Positions 51,513-62,610 of a stretch of 64,000 nucleotides of DNA are shown piece by piece (the first letter of the stretch is position 1; every line of letters starts with the position of its first letter). The stretch is from assembly GCA_046045965.1 (NCBI GenBank), contig JBJOKS010000016.1, positions 32,001-96,000 of the forward strand. The letters are read 5' to 3'. Below the pieces are notes generated by a model that worked only from the letters and a program-made list of their open reading frames with translations, was not told the DNA's origin and made no database searches. The position numbers were made by a program, and so were the translations under genes. The DNA comes from Cyanobacteriota bacterium (GTDB lineage: Bacteria > Cyanobacteriota > Cyanobacteriia > Cyanobacteriales > Nostocaceae).

Positions 51513-52592
51513 ATGACTGAACAAAAACGAGCGTTGATTACTGGTATCACTGGTCAAGATGGTTCCTATCTGAGTGAATTTTTACTAGAACAAGGTTATG
51601 AAGTTCACGGGATTATTCGCCGTACTTCTACTTTTAACACCGACCGCATTGATCACATTTATGAAGATCCCCATAAAGATGGGGTTAAGTTATTACTTCA
51701 CTATGGCGATTTGACAGACGGTACTACACTGCGCCGGATTTTAGAAGAAGTTAAGCCTACAGAAATTTATAACTTAGGCGCTCAATCTCATGTTAGAGTC
51801 AGCTTCGATTCCCCAGAATATACAGTAGATGCGGTTGGTATGGGAACTCTACGCTTGTTAGAAGCTATCCGCGACTATCAACAACGTACAGGAATTCAAG
51901 TCCGGTTTTACCAAGCTGGTTCTTCGGAAATGTATGGCTTAGTGCAAGCAGTTCCCCAAAGTGAGACAACACCCTTTTATCCTCGTAGTCCCTATGCTTG
52001 TGCTAAAGTTTACGCTCACTGGCAAACGGTAAATTATCGAGAATCTTACAATCTGTTTGCTTGTAATGGTATCCTGTTTAACCACGAATCACCCCGACGT
52101 GGTGAAACTTTTGTTACTCGCAAAATTACTAGAGCAGTTGCTCGCATAGTGGCTGGTAAACAGAAAAGTATCTATATGGGCAATTTGGATGCCAAGCGGG
52201 ACTGGGGTTATGCCAAAGATTACGTAAGAGCCATGTGGCTAATGTTGCAACAAGACCAACCAGATGATTACGTTATTGCTACCGGTGAAACTCACTCAGT
52301 GCGGGAGTTCTTGGAATTAGCATTTGGTTATGTAAATCTCAACTGGGAAGATTATGTGGAGTTTGATCAACGCTATTTAAGACCTGCGGAAGTAGATTTG
52401 TTAATTGGTGATCCTACCAAAGCACAGCAAAAGTTAGGCTGGAAACCTTCAGTAACCTTTAAAGAACTGGTAGCATTGATGGTAGAAGCTGACTTACAGG
52501 CATTGGGTCACACTTCCCCTAATGGCAATGGTTCACTACAACCCCAAGATATTGCTACTATCCGTCAGGAATTAGGCGCTCTCCACTTTTGA
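51513..52592 (+). CDS. gmd: GDP-mannose 4,6-dehydratase
   Basis: [48 protein letters not shown]. Confidence 0.96.
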   Translation: MTEQKRALITGITGQDGSYLSEFLLEQGYEVHGIIRRTSTFNTDRIDHIYEDPHKDGVKLLLHYGDLTDGTTLRRILEEVKPTEIYNLGAQSHVRVSFDSPEYTVDAVGMGTLRLLEAIRDYQQRTGIQVRFYQAGSSEMYGLVQAVPQSETTPFYPRSPYACAKVYAHWQTVNYRESYNLFACNGILFNHESPRRGETFVTRKITRAVARIVAGKQKSIYMGNLDAKRDWGYAKDYVRAMWLMLQQDQPDDYVIATGETHSVREFLELAFGYVNLNWEDYVEFDQRYLRPAEVDLLIGDPTKAQQKLGWKPSVTFKELVALMVEADLQALGHTSPNGNGSLQPQDIATIRQELGALHF

Positions 52593-52615
52593 TTTACACC
52601 AGCAAGGATAAAAAT

Positions 52616-53560
52616 ATGACTGGCTTAGAGCTTAAAAACAAACGCATTCTTGTCACTGGTGGTTCAGGTTTTCTAGGCCGTCAAGTGATAGATCAACTAT
52701 CCAAAGCTGGGGCTGACCGTGATAAAATTACAGTCACGAGATCGCATGATTGTGATTTGCGAGTTTGGGAAAATTGCCAACGTGCAGTTGATCAACAAGA
52801 TATTGTCATTCACTTAGCTGCTCATGTCGGTGGAATTGGTCTAAACCGCGAAAAACCCGCAGAGTTGTTTTACGATAACTTGATGATGGGAACTCAGCTC
52901 ATTCATGCTGCCTATCAAGCAGGTTTAGAAAAATTCGTCTGTGTTGGTACTATCTGCGCTTATCCTAAATTTACCCCAGTCCCTTTTAAAGAAGAAGACC
53001 TGTGGAATGGCTATCCAGAAGAAACTAATGCTCCCTATGGAGTAGCTAAGAAGGCTCTTTTAGTACAACTGCAATCTTACCGTCAGCAGTACGGTTTTAA
53101 TGGTATTTATCTACTACCTGTGAACCTATACGGTCCTGAAGATAACTTTAACCCCAGTAGTTCTCATGTTATTCCAGCTTTGATCCGCAAGGTTCACGAA
53201 GCGCAAGTTAAGGGAGATAAGCAACTTCCTGTTTGGGGTGATGGTTCTCCTACCCGCGAGTTTCTCTATTCTACAGATGCTGCACGGGGTATTGTTATGG
53301 GTACAACTTCCTATAACGACTCTGAACCAATTAATTTGGGGACAGGTTATGAAATCTCGATCAAGGATTTGATTAATCTGATTTGTGATTTGATGGAGTA
53401 TAAAGGGGAAATTGTTTGGGAAACCGACAAACCTAACGGACAACCACGACGTTGTTTAGATACGGAAAAAGCCAAGGCAGCTTTTGGTTTCACTGCTCAG
53501 GTAAGCTTTGAAGAAGGGCTAAAAAATACCATTGAGTGGTATCGTCAAAACGCTGCATAG
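52616..53560 (+). CDS. fcl: GDP-L-fucose synthase
   Basis: VTGGSGFLG, LAAHVGGIG, YGVAKK, NLYGPEDNF..SHVIPAL, WGDGSPTREF; follows gmd; AAGGA RBS before ATG 52616. Confidence 0.92.
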   Translation: MTGLELKNKRILVTGGSGFLGRQVIDQLSKAGADRDKITVTRSHDCDLRVWENCQRAVDQQDIVIHLAAHVGGIGLNREKPAELFYDNLMMGTQLIHAAYQAGLEKFVCVGTICAYPKFTPVPFKEEDLWNGYPEETNAPYGVAKKALLVQLQSYRQQYGFNGIYLLPVNLYGPEDNFNPSSSHVIPALIRKVHEAQVKGDKQLPVWGDGSPTREFLYSTDAARGIVMGTTSYNDSEPINLGTGYEISIKDLINLICDLMEYKGEIVWETDKPNGQPRRCLDTEKAKAAFGFTAQVSFEEGLKNTIEWYRQNAA

Positions 53561-53564
53561 TTTA

Positions 53565-53682
53565 ATATATCTCGTTCCCAGTCTCCGACTGGGAATGCCA
53601 TTACAGAGGCTCTGACTCTGGTATTGTAAAAGGCAGAGCCTTGAGAATTCATTTCCATAAAGAGTATGGGAACGAGATATAT
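53565..53682. repeat. REPIN/MITE-like palindromic element
   Basis: Perfect 16-bp inverted ends ATATATCTCGTTCCCA / TGGGAACGAGATATAT, internal hairpin CCCAGTC..GACTGGG and GGCTCTG..CAGAGCC. Confidence 0.75.
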
Positions 53683-53713
53683 AGCAGATATTAAAAACAT
53701 TAAAGATAGCACA

Positions 53714-54289
53714 TTGCTAAAAATTGATTCACAGCTAAACAAAACAGAACTCCGTCGCTCCTTGCTGAAAACACGTCAATCTATGACTGTTCAAGAATGG
53801 AAACAAAAGAGCGATCGCATTTCTGACCAAATTCAAAACTCGCCTTTATTTACTCAAGCAACCACCATCCTGGCCTATTTCAGCTTTCGCCAAGAACCTG
53901 ATCTGAGTCCCATTTTTACCGACTCTCAGCGTCGTTGGGGTTTTCCTCGTTGTGTTGGTAAGTCTCTATCCTGGCACTTATGGCAACCTGATGATATACT
54001 TCACATTGGTGATTATGGTATTACTGAACCACACCCAGAAGCACCAACTATAGACCCTACAGAAGTCGATTTAATTCTTGTTCCCTGTGTGGCTTGCGAT
54101 CGCCAAGGATTCCGTTTAGGTTATGGTGGTGGATATTATGACCGTTTGTTGAGTGATCCAGCTTGGGCTAAAATACCAACGATGGGAGTAGTTTTTGATT
54201 TTGCCTATTTCTCTCAATTACCCTCTGATAATTGGGATAAAGCATTACAAGCTATAGTTAGTGAAACAAATCTGTTTTCTTCTCACTGA
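53714..54289 (+). CDS. 5-formyltetrahydrofolate cyclo-ligase
   Basis: K.ELR..LL..R, AYFSFRQEP, YGITEP, DLILVP..DRQGFRLGYGGGYYDR; start uncertain because ATG 53666 lies inside the repeat. Confidence 0.9.
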   Translation: MLKIDSQLNKTELRRSLLKTRQSMTVQEWKQKSDRISDQIQNSPLFTQATTILAYFSFRQEPDLSPIFTDSQRRWGFPRCVGKSLSWHLWQPDDILHIGDYGITEPHPEAPTIDPTEVDLILVPCVACDRQGFRLGYGGGYYDRLLSDPAWAKIPTMGVVFDFAYFSQLPSDNWDKALQAIVSETNLFSSH

Positions 54290-54308
54290 ATTAATCGGAG
54301 CGGTGGGA

Positions 54309-54374
54309 GAACGAATACTACCCACTCACGTAGTTGTAGCTTTAGTCATTGCTATGAGTTTTTGGTCAACTGAC
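54309..54374 (+). pseudogene. IS4-family transposase N-terminal fragment
   Basis: Translates ERILPTHVVVALVIAMSFWSTD, resembling the conserved N-terminal segment of cyanobacterial IS4 transposases; no start codon and no continuation. Confidence 0.6.
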
Positions 54375-54424
54375 TGTCACTTAGTTCTCGAACATATTTC
54401 GAGAACATACGAATGTTATTGATC

Positions 54425-54805
54425 ATGTCCACAAAAGAAGATGATCTCATTGCCAGAGCGGAACTGTTGCAACAAGCGATTGCGACTTTGCAATTGATGA
54501 TTCAACAAATTAAAGCGGCGGGGAAAATCGCGCCTCCTGGTTGTTCTGTTTCCCGTTATCAAGCACGGGGTAAACAAGGGGTTTATTGGTACTATAAGTT
54601 ACACGCTTCTCAAGCCATTTTCCCTACTTCTCAACCAGGCAAGTTAACTAAATACAAGCATTTAGGTAAAGCTGGAAGTCCTGCTCACATTGATGCGGTT
54701 CTCTCGGTTGCTCGAAGAACTCAGGTTGATTACTTACAATCATGTATTGATTCTCTGCGGCAAAACTGGGCTGACTTATACAATAGCCTCAAAGAGAAAA
54801 AGTAA
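54425..54805 (+). CDS. Hypothetical mobile-element-associated protein (about 126-130 aa)
   Basis: IAPPGC..RYQARG...YWYYKL...KYKHLGKAGS motif between two helices; flanked by related palindromes; start 54413 or 54425. Confidence 0.65.
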   Translation: MSTKEDDLIARAELLQQAIATLQLMIQQIKAAGKIAPPGCSVSRYQARGKQGVYWYYKLHASQAIFPTSQPGKLTKYKHLGKAGSPAHIDAVLSVARRTQVDYLQSCIDSLRQNWADLYNSLKEKK

Positions 54806-54876
54806 GTCTCTCTATTTTTATAGTTCTCGTAATGAACACGCGAACTCTTTTCTCTTGATCCTACCCCCTCTTTTTC

Positions 54877-54894
54877 CTTAACCGAACAGTATTG
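54877..54894. mobile_element. IS4-family terminal inverted repeat (right end)
   Basis: CTTAACCGAACAGTATTG (reverse complement CAATACTGTTCGGTTAAG) resembles cyanobacterial IS4/MITE ends from recall; consistent with the upstream IS4 fragment. Confidence 0.6.
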
Positions 54895-55173
54895 AATGGT
54901 AAAGGGTATAACCTAGAGGTCAAAACCAAGGCAGGTATCTTTGATGACCATAATATCCTAGTAGGGGCTGTACATCGCTGGGATGCTTATAAGTTCCCGG
55001 TGCATTATGTAGTTGCCATTGACCGGAACACAGGAGAGGCTAGGGTGGCTGATGCCGATCCAATGATCAGGGATGCTGAATGGCTTAGAGTCAAATCCCA
55101 AGAGTTATCATGTGGCATCCCCCGGTACTTATTCACCCCCTTAGATGCCTGGGTAGATTTCATCAAGAGTTAG
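54895..55173 (+). pseudogene. 5'-truncated foreign gene, possibly PD-(D/E)XK nuclease-like
   Basis: Its TTG 'start' is the last 3 nt of the IS4 end; NLEVK motif; visibly GC-richer than flanking core genes. Confidence 0.45.
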
Positions 55174-55246
55174 TTTGGCTATGAGTTTGGCTATCAGATT
55201 CTGGCTACCGAGCTATTTTGGTTATCTTTAGAGGCTGGAAGCCTCA

Positions 55247-55318
<72 letters not shown>

Positions 55319-55429
55319 GCACTCACAATTACTAATATTATCACCTTTTGCCATCAATTGCATCCCCTTGGGAAAAAATTTTTTGTCAGTTGTGATTTTC
55401 CCCCTGTTCCCCAGTCCCCAGTCCCCAAA

Positions 55430-56023
55430 TCAGGATAACTTCACCTCATCAGCAAAGTTACCCCAGCGGACAAAGTAAAATGGACCTGCGACAGAACCCC
55501 AAATATGCTCATCTGTGTCAGGATTTCGTCCTCTGTCGCGGCTGATGAACTTTTCACCATCAATTTCAAAATCACTATCTAAATAGGTTTTTTGCCCGTC
55601 GCGGATGACAATACAGCCCTTTCCAGGTTCGACACTGCCTTTGAAGTGGCTACCAGCCCATTCTACAATCATGTTACAACCGGAGAGTTTTTCTAGGCGA
55701 TCGCTCGTTAAAGCTTGTAACCGTGGTAAATCACGAGATGCACCGAAAAAGTCTTTTTCGTCTTTGACAGTATAGTTTTCAATATGGATTTTATCCCCTA
55801 CAGTCAGCAAGTTTAACACTCGTACTCGATAGGGCTTATTCAGCATATAGTCATAAGCTTGTTCTACAAACAAACTCACCCCAGATAGAAGTGAGTAAGG
55901 CAGAGGACGCATACATACACGAATATGGGCGTAAAAAGCCGGATTCTCAAACACTTGAGCTTGGTTGCTAAAATCAGCCGCCATCCAACGGGCTAAGGTG
56001 GCAATATCAGTAGAATGAGTCAT
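55430..56023 (-). CDS. cpcT: CpcT/CpeT-family phycobiliprotein chromophore lyase
   Basis: LARWMAADFSNQAQ..NPAFYAHIRV..EQAYDY..PYR, VEPGKGC, SRDRG..WGS; start at ATG 56023. Confidence 0.85.
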   Translation of the reverse strand: MTHSTDIATLARWMAADFSNQAQVFENPAFYAHIRVCMRPLPYSLLSGVSLFVEQAYDYMLNKPYRVRVLNLLTVGDKIHIENYTVKDEKDFFGASRDLPRLQALTSDRLEKLSGCNMIVEWAGSHFKGSVEPGKGCIVIRDGQKTYLDSDFEIDGEKFISRDRGRNPDTDEHIWGSVAGPFYFVRWGNFADEVKLS

Positions 56024-56210
56024 AGCAATTTTCGATTTTGGATTTTGGATTTTGTACACAGGCTCACAACTGCCTGATATTGGCTAATTTTAAACCTTGC
56101 TGTGTCACTAGTTGTCTAGAGAAAAAGATTAAAAGAATGAAGAAGTTAGAATTTAGAATTTAGAATTACGTTTTGCAACGGGGACTTTCACCCCCAAAGG
56201 TAAGTTAAAA

Positions 56211-56251
56211 ATTAACCTTTATCTAACCATTAGTTAATTCCCATATTACCT
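56211..56251 (+). promoter_or_regulatory. Pho box (SphR/PhoB sites) upstream of pstS
   Basis: 8-bp repeats at 11-bp period: ATTAACCT-tta-TCTAACCA-tta-GTTAATTC-cca-TATTACCT, close to PyTTAAPyPy(T/A). Confidence 0.7.
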
Positions 56252-56367
56252 GTTCGTGCAATTTTATACTCAGACGTTTAATTTTCACTGTTTTTTAACT
56301 TAATAGAACCATTGTCCCTTAGCGATTGAGCGGAAATTGTACGTCAAATAAACTGGGAGTCTTAATT

Positions 56368-57381
56368 GTGAAAAGAGTTAATCTTAAGCTTAACAGCTTG
56401 AAAGCATTAGGTGCAATTTCATTGATAGCCGCTACCTTGGGCGTTTCAATGTCTGCGGTTCAGTCTCAAAGTGTCAGCACTATTCAGATCGATGGTTCCA
56501 GCACCGTTTTCCCCGTCACCGAAGCAGTAGCAGAAGAATTCCAAAAATCTCAAAGAGGTAAAGTTAGAGTTACTGTTGGTGTTTCTGGTACTGGTGGTGG
56601 CTTCAAAAAATTCTGTCGTGGTGAAACAGATATCTCTAATGCTTCCCGCCCCATTCTTCAAAAAGAAATTGATGAATGTAAAAAAGCTGGTATTCGCTAC
56701 ATTGAAATACCAGTAGCTTATGATGCTTTAACTGTTGTGGTTAACCCTGCTAACACTTGGGCTAAAAACCTCACTGTTGCTGAACTCAAGAAAATGTGGG
56801 AACCAGCAGCGCAGGGTAAAGTTAATAACTGGAATCAAATCCGTGCAGGTTTTCCCAATGCACCTTTAAAATTGTTTGGTGCTGGTACTAACTCTGGAAC
56901 TTTTGACTATTTTACTGAAGCTGTTGTTGGTAAATCTAAATCTAGCCGTGGTGATTTTACCGCCAGTGAAGATGATAACGTACTGGTACAAGGTGTTTCC
57001 CGTGATAAAAACGCCATTGGTTACTTTGGTTTTGCTTATTACGCAGAAAACAAAAATAAACTCAATTCAGTAGCTGTTAACGGTGTAGCACCCTCGGAAG
57101 CAACCGTAAAAAATGGTACTTATAATCCCTTGTCCCGCCCTATATTTATCTATGTCAGTGATAAGGCTGTTAACAAACCAGAGGTGAAACAGTTTGTACA
57201 ATTTTACTTACAAAATGCACCTAAATTGGTGAAAGAAGTAAGATATGTACCCTTACCAAACTCCGCTTACACCACTGCTCAAAGCCACTTCAACAAAAAG
57301 AGATTTGGTAGCATTTTTGGTGGTAAAGAAGCAGTTGGACTAAAGATTGAAGAATTAATGCGTCGTGAAGCTAAAGAATAA
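56368..57381 (+). CDS. pstS: Phosphate ABC transporter substrate-binding protein
   Basis: [43 protein letters not shown] before GTG 56368. Confidence 0.93.
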   Translation: MKRVNLKLNSLKALGAISLIAATLGVSMSAVQSQSVSTIQIDGSSTVFPVTEAVAEEFQKSQRGKVRVTVGVSGTGGGFKKFCRGETDISNASRPILQKEIDECKKAGIRYIEIPVAYDALTVVVNPANTWAKNLTVAELKKMWEPAAQGKVNNWNQIRAGFPNAPLKLFGAGTNSGTFDYFTEAVVGKSKSSRGDFTASEDDNVLVQGVSRDKNAIGYFGFAYYAENKNKLNSVAVNGVAPSEATVKNGTYNPLSRPIFIYVSDKAVNKPEVKQFVQFYLQNAPKLVKEVRYVPLPNSAYTTAQSHFNKKRFGSIFGGKEAVGLKIEELMRREAKE

Positions 57382-57420
57382 GCCTATTTCAGAAATTTGA
57401 ACTTCCTCACAATTCACCAA

Positions 57421-57446
57421 AGGGAGGTGTTATACCTCTCTTTATT
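57421..57446 (+). terminator. Hairpin after pstS (attenuating or stabilising stem-loop)
   Basis: AGGGAGGT-GTTAT-ACCTCTCT followed by a T-rich run. Confidence 0.45.
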
Positions 57447-57482
57447 TATCTTCAAGTCATCATACAATATCGAATTTACAGC

Positions 57483-58397
57483 ATGATTAGTGTTAATAAA
57501 AATCAGTTTTCACCAAAACTAACTAGGGATTTAAGAGAAAAAGCAATTGAGTCTATCTTGTTTTTAGCTGCTCTTTCTTCGGTCGCAACTACAGTAGCAA
57601 TTATCGGTATTTTACTTTACGAATCTATATTATTTTTCCAGAAAGTACCTATCTGGGAATTTCTCACAGATACCCAATGGACACCGTTATTTGATGATAA
57701 ACACTATGGTATTTGGCCATTGGTTTCCGGTACTTTTGTCACCACAGTTGTTGCCTTATTTGTAGCTATACCACTGGGTACAATTATTGCTATTTACCTC
57801 AGCGAATTTGCACCACCCGTAGTCAGGGAAATAGTGAAACCAGCTTTAGAATTATTAGCAGGTATTCCTACAGTAGTTTATGGTTATTTTGCCTTGTTAT
57901 TTGTCACACCATTATTACAAGCAATTTTACCAAATTTACCTGGTTTTAGTATGTTGAGTGCGGGGCTAGTCATCGGCGTGATGATTATTCCTTATGTTAG
58001 TTCTCTGAGCGAAGATGCTATGCGTGCAGTACCTACCCATCTGCGTGAAGGTTCCTATGCGACTGGGGCGACTCGGTTACAAACAGCTTTGCGAGTGGTG
58101 TTACCTGCGGCTATTTCGGGAATAGTAGCAGCTTATATTTTGGGTATTTCCCGTGCAGCTGGGGAAACAATGGTAGTAGCGATCGCAGCAGGTGGACAAC
58201 CTAATTTAACACTCAACCCAATGGAACCAGCCGCAACAATGACAGCTTATATTGTATCCGTTAGTCTTGGTGATTTACCTCATGGCAGTTTGGAATATGA
58301 AACTATTTTTGCCGTGGGATTAACTCTAGTTTTAATGACTTTGATATTTAACATCATTGGTTATTTCCTGGCTAAACGTTATCGAGAAATTTATTAA
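57483..58397 (+). CDS. pstC: Phosphate ABC transporter permease PstC
   Basis: YGIWPL.SGT, ELLAGIPTVVYG, SRAAGETMVV. Confidence 0.93.
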   Translation: MISVNKNQFSPKLTRDLREKAIESILFLAALSSVATTVAIIGILLYESILFFQKVPIWEFLTDTQWTPLFDDKHYGIWPLVSGTFVTTVVALFVAIPLGTIIAIYLSEFAPPVVREIVKPALELLAGIPTVVYGYFALLFVTPLLQAILPNLPGFSMLSAGLVIGVMIIPYVSSLSEDAMRAVPTHLREGSYATGATRLQTALRVVLPAAISGIVAAYILGISRAAGETMVVAIAAGGQPNLTLNPMEPAATMTAYIVSVSLGDLPHGSLEYETIFAVGLTLVLMTLIFNIIGYFLAKRYREIY

Positions 58398-58490
58398 ATA
58401 GGGAACAGGGAACAGGGAACAGGGAACATGAATAACCTAATTACCAATTACCAATTACCCATTATCAATTACCAATTACCAATTATTAAG

Positions 58491-59414
58491 ATGACAACTT
58501 GGAATATTCAGCAAGTCCGCAAAATAATTACCCGCAATAAGCGGTCAGAATATATTTTCAATATCATTGGCTTGTTGTCAATGCTGATTGGTATTGTCAC
58601 ATTACTAGCATTAGTATTTGACTTGGCTAGTGATGGTGTACCTCGCCTTTCTTGGCAATTTTTGACTTCCTTTCCTAGTCGCAAACCTGAAGAAGCTGGA
58701 ATTCTTTCTGCTTGGGTAGGAACGTTATTAGTAATGTTAGTAACGGCAGCAGTCGCTATTCCTGTGGGTATCGCATCAGGCATTTATTTAGAAGAGTATG
58801 CCCGTAAACATTGGATTTCTGATTTAATTGAAATTAACGTTACTAACTTAGCCGGAGTTCCTTCAATTATTTATGGACTTTTGGCTTTGGGAGTATTTGT
58901 TTATGGGTTAAAACTTGGTCAAAGTATTGCGACTGCTGGGTTAACTTTAGCATTATTGGTTTTACCAGTTGTCATTGTTTCTACTCGTGAAGCTTTAAGG
59001 GCTATTCCTAATAGTATTCGTGAAGCTGCTTATGCTTCTGGTGCTTCCAAATGGCAAATGATTTGGGATCATGTTTTGCCTTATTCAACAGGGACAATTA
59101 TCACGGGAATTATTGTAGCTATGGCGCGGGCTATTGGTGAAACTGCACCTCTAATTACCATTGGGGCGCTTACCTTCATTGCTTTTTTACCAGAACCGCC
59201 ATTTACAGAGCAGTTTCCTTATATTTCATTTTCTTGGTTAACTGCTCCGTTCACAGTCATGCCTATTCAAATGTTTGACTGGATATCTCGCCCCCAGGCT
59301 GACTTTCAAATTAATGCCGCCTCAGCAGGTATTGTCCTCATTGTTATTACTTTGGCTATGAACTCTGTAGCCATGTATATTCGTTATAATTTACGCAAGA
59401 AAATCAAATGGTAA
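58491..59414 (+). CDS. pstA: Phosphate ABC transporter permease PstA
   Basis: [28 protein letters not shown]; start at ATG 58491 because the upstream extension is STRR. Confidence 0.93.
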   Translation: MTTWNIQQVRKIITRNKRSEYIFNIIGLLSMLIGIVTLLALVFDLASDGVPRLSWQFLTSFPSRKPEEAGILSAWVGTLLVMLVTAAVAIPVGIASGIYLEEYARKHWISDLIEINVTNLAGVPSIIYGLLALGVFVYGLKLGQSIATAGLTLALLVLPVVIVSTREALRAIPNSIREAAYASGASKWQMIWDHVLPYSTGTIITGIIVAMARAIGETAPLITIGALTFIAFLPEPPFTEQFPYISFSWLTAPFTVMPIQMFDWISRPQADFQINAASAGIVLIVITLAMNSVAMYIRYNLRKKIKW

Positions 59415-60202
59415 AAACAAAATCTTCAACTCAGGAAAAAGCTATCAAAGCTTCCGTAAATTATCTCAATTTCTATTACGGTGGTAATGTTCATTCGCTG
59501 AAAGATATTAATATGTCTATCGGTGAAAAACAGGTAACAGCATTAATTGGTCCTTCTGGATGTGGGAAAACAACTTTGTTACGTTGTTTCAATCGAATGC
59601 ACGATTTGTATCCAGGAAATCGTTATCAAGGAGAAATTGCTTTAGAACCAGATGGAATTAATCTACTGGGGAAAAAAGTTGATCCCATTGAAGTACGGAT
59701 GCGGATTAGTATGGTATTTCAAAGACCTAATCCTTTTCCAAAATCAATTTATGAAAATGTGGCTTATGGTTTGCGGGTCAGGGGTGAATCTCGACGAGGT
59801 GTAATTGATGCAAAAGTAGAAAAAGCTTTGCAAGGTGCAGCGTTGTGGAATGAAGTAAAAGACCGCTTGCATGATTTAGCTTTTAATCTTTCTGGTGGTC
59901 AACAGCAGCGTTTGTGTATTGCTCGTGCTTTAGCTACTGACCCAGAAATTATTCTATTTGATGAGCCAACATCTGCTTTAGATCCCATAGCTACTGCTAA
60001 TATTGAAGAATTAATTGCTGAACTCAAGCAAACAGTGACAATTTTGATTGTTACTCACAATATGCAACAGGCAACCCGTGTCTCTGACTATACGGCATTT
60101 ATGTATTTAGGGGAATTGATAGAGTTTAACAAAACTGAGGTGATTTTTAATAACCCAGCGCAGCAAAAAACCGCAGACTATGTAAGTGGACGTTTTGGTT
60201 AA
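59408..60202 (+). CDS. pstB: Phosphate ABC transporter ATPase PstB
   Basis: [46 protein letters not shown]. Confidence 0.95.
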   Translation: MVKTKSSTQEKAIKASVNYLNFYYGGNVHSLKDINMSIGEKQVTALIGPSGCGKTTLLRCFNRMHDLYPGNRYQGEIALEPDGINLLGKKVDPIEVRMRISMVFQRPNPFPKSIYENVAYGLRVRGESRRGVIDAKVEKALQGAALWNEVKDRLHDLAFNLSGGQQQRLCIARALATDPEIILFDEPTSALDPIATANIEELIAELKQTVTILIVTHNMQQATRVSDYTAFMYLGELIEFNKTEVIFNNPAQQKTADYVSGRFG

Positions 60203-60450
60203 GGTTTGCTAATTCACAAACTACGGCATTTCCTAGTCTAAAGAGATACAAACATATCTGCGTCCATCTGCGTCCATCTGCGTTTAACACCAAAATACTT
60301 TCATCACAAAATCTCAATTTTCTGGTTTGAGCGTTCACTGTTTCTGTTAATTTAATCTTAATATATGGTCATGTTTCCAAACCTCCCGACGGAAGTATTG
60401 TTAACAACCATGATAATTGATTGAATATTCAAACATCTACAGTTACAGTT

Positions 60451-62250
60451 ATGGCGCTCATTGTTCAGAAATACGGTGGTACATCTGTTGGTTCAGTTGA
60501 ACGTATCCAAGCGGTTGCACAGCGGGTTGATAAAACTGTCAAAGCAGGAAATTCCGTTGTCGTCGTTGTTTCCGCAATGGGAAAAACCACCGATGGATTA
60601 GTTAAACTAGCTAATGAAATCTCTAAAACCCCTAACCGTCGGGAAATGGATATGTTGCTTTCCACTGGGGAGCAAGTTACCATTGCTTTACTGAGTATGG
60701 CTTTGCAGGAAATTGGACAACCTGCTATTTCCATGACTGGCGCTCAAGTGGGAATTGTTACCGAAGCTGAACACACCCGCGCTCGGATTTTGCATATTGA
60801 AACAGAACGCGTGATGGGGCAGATTAATTTAGGTAAAGTGGTTGTTGTGGCTGGGTTTCAGGGAATTTCTAGCACTAGAGAAATGGAAATTACCACTTTG
60901 GGTCGCGGCGGTTCTGACACTTCAGCGGTGGCTTTAGCAGCAGCTTTGGGGGCAAATTTTTGTGAAATTTATACAGATGTGCCAGGGATTCTAACTACAG
61001 ATCCGCGCCTTGTACCGGAAGCACAGCTAATGACAGAAATTACCTGTGATGAAATGCTGGAATTAGCCAGTTTGGGTGCGAAGGTGTTACATCCCCGTGC
61101 GGTGGAAATTGCCAGAAATTATGGTGTGCCTTTGGTGGTAAGATCCAGTTGGACAGATCAACCGGGAACTTGGGTAACATCGCCAAAGGTTCAAGAACGG
61201 GCGTTAGTCAATTTAGAATTAGCTCGTTCTGTGGATGCGGTAGAATTTGATATAGACCAAGCTAAATTGTCTTTGCTGCGCGTACCAGATAAGCCTGGTG
61301 TAGCTGCTAGGTTATTTGGGGAGATTTCCCATCAAAATGTCGATGTGGATTTGATTATTCAGTCAATTCATGAAGGTAATACTAATGATATTGCTTTTAC
61401 CGTAAATACACCAATATTAAAACGGGCGGAAGCTGTAGCATCGGCTATTGCACCAGCTTTGAGAAATCAACCCAACTCAGATGAAGCGGAAGTTTTTGTA
61501 GAAAATGATACAGCTAAGGTGAGTATTTCCGGGGCGGGAATGATTGGCCGTCCTGGGGTGGCTGCTAAAATGTTTGCAACCTTAGCAGAAGCGGGTGTAA
61601 ATATTCAAATGATTTCTACCAGTGAAGTTAAGGTGAGTTGTTTGGTAGATGCGGGAGATTGCGATCGCGCTATTGCTGCACTTTGCAACGCTTTTGAAAT
61701 CAATGCTTCTCCTGCTGTTCTTTCTTCCCCAACTCCCGAATCTCCCGCAGTGCGGGGTGTTGCTTTAGACATGAATCAAGCGCGGTTAGCTATTCGTCAA
61801 GTTCCCGATCAACCAGGAATGGCGGCGAAATTGTTTGGTTTATTGGCAGAATATAACATCAGTGTGGATATGATTATTCAATCACAACGCTGTCGGGTGG
61901 TTGATGGGGTTGCGCGTCGGGATATTGCTTTTACCGTTGCGCGGATGGATGCAGAAAACGCCCAAAAGAAATTAACCCAAGTTGCGGATCAGTTAGGATG
62001 GGGTGAGGTAGTTTTGGATAATGCGATCGCTAAAGTAAGTATAGTTGGTTCGGGAATGGTTGGACAACCAGGAATAGCAGCGAAAATGTTTACAGCTTTA
62101 GCGGAAAATAAAATCAATATTCAAATGATTGCAACTTCAGAAATTAAAATTAGTTGTGTCGTGGGACAAGATGAAGGTGTGAAAGCTTTGCAAGTTATTC
62201 ATGCAGCTTTTGGTTTAGCTGGAAGTGAAAAATTTGTAGTACCAGCATGA
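60451..62250 (+). CDS. lysC: Aspartate kinase (cyanobacterial form with repeated ACT domains)
   Basis: [34 protein letters not shown]; repeated PG.AA..F ACT units. Confidence 0.95.
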   Translation: MALIVQKYGGTSVGSVERIQAVAQRVDKTVKAGNSVVVVVSAMGKTTDGLVKLANEISKTPNRREMDMLLSTGEQVTIALLSMALQEIGQPAISMTGAQVGIVTEAEHTRARILHIETERVMGQINLGKVVVVAGFQGISSTREMEITTLGRGGSDTSAVALAAALGANFCEIYTDVPGILTTDPRLVPEAQLMTEITCDEMLELASLGAKVLHPRAVEIARNYGVPLVVRSSWTDQPGTWVTSPKVQERALVNLELARSVDAVEFDIDQAKLSLLRVPDKPGVAARLFGEISHQNVDVDLIIQSIHEGNTNDIAFTVNTPILKRAEAVASAIAPALRNQPNSDEAEVFVENDTAKVSISGAGMIGRPGVAAKMFATLAEAGVNIQMISTSEVKVSCLVDAGDCDRAIAALCNAFEINASPAVLSSPTPESPAVRGVALDMNQARLAIRQVPDQPGMAAKLFGLLAEYNISVDMIIQSQRCRVVDGVARRDIAFTVARMDAENAQKKLTQVADQLGWGEVVLDNAIAKVSIVGSGMVGQPGIAAKMFTALAENKINIQMIATSEIKISCVVGQDEGVKALQVIHAAFGLAGSEKFVVPA

Positions 62251-62576
62251 AAATAGCAAACCTTGTCTTTATCTTAATAGCTGCACTGGGAGAAATTGCA
62301 GGTTGTTTTAGTTTTTGGGCATGGTTAAGATTAGGAAAAAGCATTTTTTGGATTATTCCCGGAATTTGTGCTTTAATAATCTTTGCCATTGCCTTAACTA
62401 AAGTTGATCTGCCTAACGCTGCTAGGGTGTATGCTGCTTATGGGGGAATTTATTTACTTTCATCTTTGTTGTGGTTATGGTTAGTTGAAGGTGTACAACC
62501 AAATAAATGGGATTTTTTGGGGGTGGGAATTTCTCTTTTGGGAACAGTTGTGATTTTGTTGGGTTCACATCGGTGA
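62247..62576 (+). CDS. YnfA/UPF0060 family small membrane protein
   Basis: [31 protein letters not shown]. Confidence 0.88.
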   Translation: MKIANLVFILIAALGEIAGCFSFWAWLRLGKSIFWIIPGICALIIFAIALTKVDLPNAARVYAAYGGIYLLSSLLWLWLVEGVQPNKWDFLGVGISLLGTVVILLGSHR

Positions 62577-62610
62577 AATTCTAGTAATATTAATTATACT
62601 CACAGCAATT

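Noticed and set aside
58428..58490. N-terminal extension of pstA (ITNYQLPI)
   Set aside because: Encoded by ATTACCA STRR repeats; the plausible start is ATG 58491.
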